DNA from: Microcystis aeruginosa NIES-2549
Lineage (GTDB): Bacteria; Cyanobacteriota; Cyanobacteriia; Cyanobacteriales; Microcystaceae
Direction: 5' to 3'
Length of the DNA: 32,000 nucleotides
Assembly (NCBI RefSeq): GCF_000981785.2
Contig: NZ_CP011304.1
Location: forward strand, 3,840,001-3,872,000
Of this stretch, positions 27,388-32,000 are shown piece by piece (positions within the stretch are counted from its first letter, which is position 1; each line of letters begins with the position of its first letter). The notes below the pieces were generated by a model. It worked only from the letters and a program-made list of their open reading frames with translations. It had not been told where the DNA came from and did no database searches. A program made the translations under genes and the position numbers.

Positions 27388-27418
27388 TGCTGGTGAAAGA
27401 ATTTTCCTTTTACCAGCA
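27388..27418 (+). terminator. 12-bp stem hairpin (one G-U pair) downstream of kdpD
   Basis: tgctggtgaaag-aattttc-cttttaccagca. No strong T-tract follows. Confidence 0.35.
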
Positions 27419-27510
27419 ACAGGTTTCAAGATTTTCAGTTCAACTGTTATTTAAATAAGTTTTAGGGGTATCATAAGACAAGAAGCTAATCAATAAGGTG
27501 GATATTTACC

Positions 27511-28164
27511 ATGGCTAATTGTCCTAACTGTGGTTCTAATCATATTCAGTTACAACGAGAAACCAATGTTAATTGGGGAAGGGCGGCAGCAGGTTGGGCT
27601 TTATTTGGTGTGGTTGGTGGTGCGGTGGGTGCTGTCACTGGAGAAGATAGAAATGTTAACGCCTGTCTTGATTGTGGAACTACTTGGAGAGCGGCAGACT
27701 TATATAAAACTCTTGAAATTATCAAGCATTTAACTCAGGAAATACTTGATTTATCTTTAGCAAGAGATAGATTATATCTCAATGATTTTATGGTTGAAAT
27801 TGGACCCTATCTTGATTCCATTTCAAAAGCAGAAGAAGAAGGGAACAAGATGATTAAAGAAGCAGAATCTAAAAAGGGTCAGGCAGCAGCATCAGGATGT
27901 GGCACTGGCTGTCTTATGTCTATATTTGTCGCTTGTGGTGGCGGTTTGGCGGTAACTGTCCCGATGAGTTTAATAGTTTTTACTGGAATTTTCATCTCGT
28001 TTTTATGTTTTTTAATTGGGGCTTCAATAGATGCAGCTAATAGTAAAGTTACCGAAGAAGAAATACAGGGCGCTATAAAAAAAGCAGAAAAAATCAAACA
28101 AGAAGCAGACATAGATTTTAACTACAGGATCAAGGATTTTATTGCTAGACATTCTATTAATTAA
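27511..28164 (+). CDS. Zinc-ribbon membrane protein of unknown function
   Basis: CPNCGS...(hydrophobic Gly-rich segment WALFGVVGGAVGAVTG)...CLDCGT, then a helical region, then a ~45-aa hydrophobic block and a charged C-terminus. The gene is AT-rich. Confidence 0.65.
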   Translation: MANCPNCGSNHIQLQRETNVNWGRAAAGWALFGVVGGAVGAVTGEDRNVNACLDCGTTWRAADLYKTLEIIKHLTQEILDLSLARDRLYLNDFMVEIGPYLDSISKAEEEGNKMIKEAESKKGQAAASGCGTGCLMSIFVACGGGLAVTVPMSLIVFTGIFISFLCFLIGASIDAANSKVTEEEIQGAIKKAEKIKQEADIDFNYRIKDFIARHSIN

Positions 28165-28557
28165 GAGCTTATTTATCAAGAAAATATTAAGTTAGACAAT
28201 CCCTTATTTTTAGAGGAATAATCAAGAGAAAACTTTTCTTTTCTAGAATTGCCAATCGTAACCGGCGATCGAGCGAAAATAAACTGGTAAAATCTGAATA
28301 GAACTCGTGGCTTTTGCGATCGCTAATACCGCATCTACGGCAGTTATCTTAATGGTGAGGTACAAAGCTTTCGTTTTGGGGAGTGAGTCGTCAGTATTCG
28401 GGAGACAGGTTTTAGGTTTTGGGGGTTGGGGTTTTGGGGTTTTGGTATCTTAGTTCAATTTCCCCAGTTCCCCTCTCAAATCAGCAACGCCCTCTGGGAT
28501 GATATTCTAGGAGTTAATCTTTAATGCAAATCCGTTGTCACTTAAGGGAGTTAACTC

Positions 28558-28665
28558 ATGCAGGTAAATAATCTCGGCTTTATCGCTAGTATCCTATTCG
28601 TCCTAGTCCCCACCGTTTTCCTCTTGATTCTGTTTATCCAAACCAGAGAGGAAACCGAGGGTTAA
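28558..28665 (+). CDS. psbM: Photosystem II reaction centre protein M
   Basis: I translated this 35-aa ORF by hand: MQVNNLGFIASILFVLVPTVFLLILFIQTREETEG. It matches the cyanobacterial PsbM pattern and is too short for the ORF track. Confidence 0.88.
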   Translation: MQVNNLGFIASILFVLVPTVFLLILFIQTREETEG

Positions 28666-28674
28666 ATTAGGCCC

Positions 28675-28710
28675 GGAGAGACCAGTTATTTGGTCTCTCC
28701 TTAATTTTTT
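28675..28710 (+). terminator. Rho-independent terminator after psbM, possibly bidirectional with argJ
   Basis: ggagagacca-gttatt-tggtctctcc (10-bp stem) followed by ttaatttttt. Confidence 0.8.
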
Positions 28711-28717
28711 GGTGGCT

Positions 28718-29959
28718 CTAGGTAGTGTACTCGGCATTAATTTTGACGTAATCGTAACTAAGATCGCAACCCCAGGCCGTACCTGTTCCCGAACCGTTAC
28801 CGATACAGATAGACATTAAAACGGTATCTTCTCGTAAATAAGCCCCGCTTGCTGCCGCTTTCAGGTAATTACTGGCACTAGCTCGATCGAACGCCAGAGG
28901 TTGACCATTTTCCATCATCACGAAGTCGCCTAACTTGATTTGCAGGTCTTCTTGATGGAAGACAACCCCGGCCCGGCCTGCCGCCGCCGCAATTCGTCCC
29001 CAGTTGGGATCTCGACCGAAAACCGCCGATTTTACTAAGGAAGAACCGGCAATGGTGCGAGCAATCTGACGAGCGGACTGATCATCGGCCGCCCCCGAAA
29101 CCCGCACTTCTATTAAACAGGTGGCTCCTTCCCCATCCCGGGCGATCGCTTTAGCCAAGTATTGACAAACTTCCGTTAACATGGCCTCTAACTTTTGGGC
29201 ATCCCGGCCCATTTCTGTGATCGCCGTGGTGCGCGATTGACCGTTAGCCAAGGCGATCAGACTGTCATTGGTACTGGTGTCCCCATCCACCGTAATCTGA
29301 TTAAAACTTTTATTAGCCGCCCGACTTAACATATTTTGCCAGAGAACCGTCGATACTGCGGCATCACAGGTAATAAAGGAGAGCATCGTCGCCATATTCG
29401 GGTGAATCATCCCCGATCCCTTGGCAATTCCCCCAATTGTGACCGGACGACCATCGATAGTGGTTTGCAAGGCGATCGATTTGGGGACTAGATCCGTGGT
29501 CATAATCGCCCGGGCCGTGCTTTCGCCGCCATTTTCCGACAATAAACCCGCTAAGGTCGGTAAAGCGGCGGTTAACGCATCCATGCGAATCCGTTGCCCG
29601 ATCACTCCCGTAGAAGCCAGCAAAATTGCATCGGCGGGAATCCCTAAAACTTGGCTCAAGGCGGCGGCACTATCGAGGGCATCTTGCCATCCGGCTTCCC
29701 CCGTGGCGGCGTTTGCTTGGCCGGCATTACACAAAATCGCCCTGGCGCTGGCTTTAGTTTGTAGGCGTTGACGGCAATAATCGACGCAAGCGGCCCGCAC
29801 TTGACTGGTGGTAAAGACTCCTGCGGCGATCGCTTCTGTTTCCGAGACAATTAGGGCTAAATCGGGCAAACCGGACGGTTTTAGCCCCGCGGCCATCCCT
29901 GCGGATTTAAATCCTTTTGGGGCCGTGATCCCCCCCTCTATTTCCTGCCAATCGGCCAT
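28718..29959 (-). CDS. argJ: Bifunctional ornithine acetyltransferase / N-acetylglutamate synthase
   Basis: It has GITAPKGFKSAG and the ATMLSFITCDA autoprocessing site. The likely start is the ATG at 29959, preceded by GGGAGA. The ORF track extends to 30091. Confidence 0.93.
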   Translation of the reverse strand: MADWQEIEGGITAPKGFKSAGMAAGLKPSGLPDLALIVSETEAIAAGVFTTSQVRAACVDYCRQRLQTKASARAILCNAGQANAATGEAGWQDALDSAAALSQVLGIPADAILLASTGVIGQRIRMDALTAALPTLAGLLSENGGESTARAIMTTDLVPKSIALQTTIDGRPVTIGGIAKGSGMIHPNMATMLSFITCDAAVSTVLWQNMLSRAANKSFNQITVDGDTSTNDSLIALANGQSRTTAITEMGRDAQKLEAMLTEVCQYLAKAIARDGEGATCLIEVRVSGAADDQSARQIARTIAGSSLVKSAVFGRDPNWGRIAAAAGRAGVVFHQEDLQIKLGDFVMMENGQPLAFDRASASNYLKAAASGAYLREDTVLMSICIGNGSGTGTAWGCDLSYDYVKINAEYTT

Positions 29960-30139
29960 TTTCTCCCGTCTCCTACTCAAATTCGACACTCGATTATAGC
30001 AAGTAAAAAGCCAAAAATTAGCAAAGGGTTTGACCGTTTCGGGTTGGGAAGTGGGGAAAAAAGGCCGACGGCTGATAATTCCTGGCTGCAAATTAGCCTA
30101 AAATACGATTAATTGGCCAGAATTTTGGAGAGATAGTTT

Positions 30140-30547
30140 ATGGAACGCGGGTTATTGTGGACACCTTTATTAATTCTATTTATTTGGTTGGCTTGGAGTG
30201 GTTGGAATGAATACCAAAAAGTGGAAATCTATCGACAATGGGCGGAAAACTTCGATCGAGCTAAGTATGATATATATTCTGTCTTAGGTCAAAAAGATAA
30301 AATTATCACTTGGGGAAAGCCAACTCGTAAGGGAGTGATTAATTTACAAACTTTTTCCCTAGAGGAGGTAAAAGAAATCCGTCTGTTAGTTAATAATCAA
30401 GTGGTGGATTTAGATGCTCTTCCCCCGCAGGGTTCTCCTTTTCTAGAATTTATCTTTAAGGAGCGATCACCTGAAAAAATTCCCTTTACTGAAGTTGAAT
30501 TGGCTAGTCGGTGGGCGAAATTTTTACAACAACAAATCTTAATTTGA
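30140..30547 (+). CDS. Hypothetical protein with an N-terminal TM helix
   Basis: 135-aa ORF starting LLWTPLLILFIWLAWSGW. No recognised domain. Confidence 0.55.
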   Translation: MERGLLWTPLLILFIWLAWSGWNEYQKVEIYRQWAENFDRAKYDIYSVLGQKDKIITWGKPTRKGVINLQTFSLEEVKEIRLLVNNQVVDLDALPPQGSPFLEFIFKERSPEKIPFTEVELASRWAKFLQQQILI

Positions 30548-30559
30548 TTGCGATAATTT

Positions 30560-32000
30560 CTACCGCAATCTCCCTGATCGCAGGATACCGACAACTAACC
30601 ATAAACCGATTAAACTAGCTGTAGCAAATAATACGGTACTAATAATAGTTAATTGCCGAGATTGGGCACTGGCTGTGACAATGGCAGCCCCGATAATTAA
30701 GGAACCAATAATCACACTAAAAGCTAGTCGATTGGCGGAATTATCTAAACTGCGACGGAGATTATCTAAGTCGCGAATTTTCAGATTAACATTTAAAGTT
30801 TCGGAGGTTAAACCATCTAGTAAAACTTCAATTTGACGGGGATATTTCAGGGAAAAAGATTTCAAGTCTAAAACTGTTCTTAGGGCAGTTTGTAGGGGAG
30901 TGCTACCGATTAACTGTTGTTCAAGAATATTAGTTAATAGCGGTTTGACTTCTTCTAGGATATTAATATCAGGATTAAATTTTCGGGCAGTTCCTTCTAG
31001 ATTAGCGAGACTTTTGGCAAATAAACCTAAATTACCCGGAAGTTTAATTCTATTGCGACGGGCAATTTGCAAAAGTTCATAAACCACCTGACTAAAGTTA
31101 ATTTGATTTAAATTGAGGTTATAATATTTTCGCAGCATCCGCTCATAATCCACCTCTAATTGTACTAAGGTAATCGGGACTACTGACTCGGATAATTTAA
31201 TAGTTAGTTGACTGCATCTTTTCGCATCTAAGTCAACAATTGCCAATAACAATTCTGTTAAGATTTGTTGAGTTTGTGGGTCTAATCTGCCCACCATACC
31301 ACAGTCAATTAAAGCTACTCTACCATCGTCAAGATAGAAAATATTACCCGGGTGAGGATCGGCATGAAAGAAGCCATCAATATAAATTTGTTGAAAAAAT
31401 GACCGAAACAAAATCCTAGTTATTTCGCTTTTTCTTTGGGAAATTGTTTGCTCGGTTTCTGGTCTAGAAACATCGGCATCTAAAATTTGTTTTCCTTCTA
31501 ACCATTCTAACACTAATAGCTTGGAATTAGTTAAGTCCCAATAAATTTTAGGAATAACTAACTGTTTGGGTTCTGACCACCGACTCTGGGTTAAATTATA
31601 GCGTAATTGGTCAGTATAATGACCTTCTTGGGTGAAATCTAATTCCGCATTGACTGCTTTAATAAACTCCTCTGCTAAGTTAACAACGTCATAACTTTGA
31701 CCAAATTCTGTGAGGGCAACTAAATCAGCAATTACCTTAATTAAGGCACTATCTTGGGCGACAATTTTTTCGATCCCCGGACGCAAGACTTTAATCGCTA
31801 CTTCCTCCCCAGATAATAAAGTTGCCCGATGAATTTGCCCGATCGATCCTGCGGCGATCGGTTGGGGATTAATATACTTAAATACCTGTTTAATCGGTTT
31901 TGCTAACTGTTCGGTGATGACTATTTCTATATCCGTCCAAGCAACGGGAGGAACTTGCGCTTGTAGAGCAGTTAAAGCCTCGATATAATTAGCAGGTAGC
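30560..32000 (-). CDS. ABC1/UbiB (AarF) atypical kinase family protein, 5' end beyond the window
   Basis: My hand translation upstream of the track's TTG start stays open to the window edge and gives AAGSIGQIHRATLLSGEEVAIKVLRPG. It then continues to FHADPHPGNIF and IDCGMVG, with C-terminal TM helices. Confidence 0.9.
   Translation of the reverse strand, partial: LPANYIEALTALQAQVPPVAWTDIEIVITEQLAKPIKQVFKYINPQPIAAGSIGQIHRATLLSGEEVAIKVLRPGIEKIVAQDSALIKVIADLVALTEFGQSYDVVNLAEEFIKAVNAELDFTQEGHYTDQLRYNLTQSRWSEPKQLVIPKIYWDLTNSKLLVLEWLEGKQILDADVSRPETEQTISQRKSEITRILFRSFFQQIYIDGFFHADPHPGNIFYLDDGRVALIDCGMVGRLDPQTQQILTELLLAIVDLDAKRCSQLTIKLSESVVPITLVQLEVDYERMLRKYYNLNLNQINFSQVVYELLQIARRNRIKLPGNLGLFAKSLANLEGTARKFNPDINILEEVKPLLTNILEQQLIGSTPLQTALRTVLDLKSFSLKYPRQIEVLLDGLTSETLNVNLKIRDLDNLRRSLDNSANRLAFSVIIGSLIIGAAIVTASAQSRQLTIISTVLFATASLIGLWLVVGILRSGRLR

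Noticed and set aside
29960-30091. 44-codon N-terminal extension of argJ given in the ORF track.
   Set aside because: ArgJ homology starts at MADWQEIEGGITAPKGF. The ATG at 29959 has a GGGAGA RBS, and the extension looks like translated upstream DNA.

Overview
The window looks like chromosomal DNA from a Chroococcales cyanobacterium, probably Microcystis-like. The evidence is many HIP1 GCGATCGC octamers, roughly 40-45% GC in housekeeping genes (judged by eye), heptamer STRR-like repeats and a psbM gene. Housekeeping genes are polA, lepA, a GyrA/ParC-family topoisomerase subunit, argJ, psbM, an ABC1/UbiB kinase, a CheY-like receiver and an MsbA-type ABC exporter. Accessory material sits between them. 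(1) An N-terminally truncated TnpB (IS605 family) remnant lies beside an orphan RHH gene. (2) A truncated P-loop ATPase. (3) A recent tandem duplication of a tail-anchored coiled-coil gene. (4) An intact DGQHR (DndB-like) plus DndC-like gene pair has no dndA, dndD, dndE or dndFGH nearby. This is my best candidate for an undescribed or minimal nucleic-acid modification or defence module. (5) A GC-rich kdp cluster (kdpA-kdpB-[C5 DNA methyltransferase]-kdpF-like-kdpC, plus a divergent short kdpD) has an AT-rich orphan cytosine methyltransferase inserted. The methyltransferase start codon overlaps the kdpB stop as TAATG. (6) An AT-rich gene encodes a split zinc-ribbon membrane protein. A ~90-nt dispersed repeat with (CCCCACA)n heptamers occurs both in an intergenic region and in frame inside the topoisomerase gene. 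I saw no rRNA, tRNA or CRISPR array. All calls rest on motif recognition in the supplied translations and visual inspection; no database search was run.
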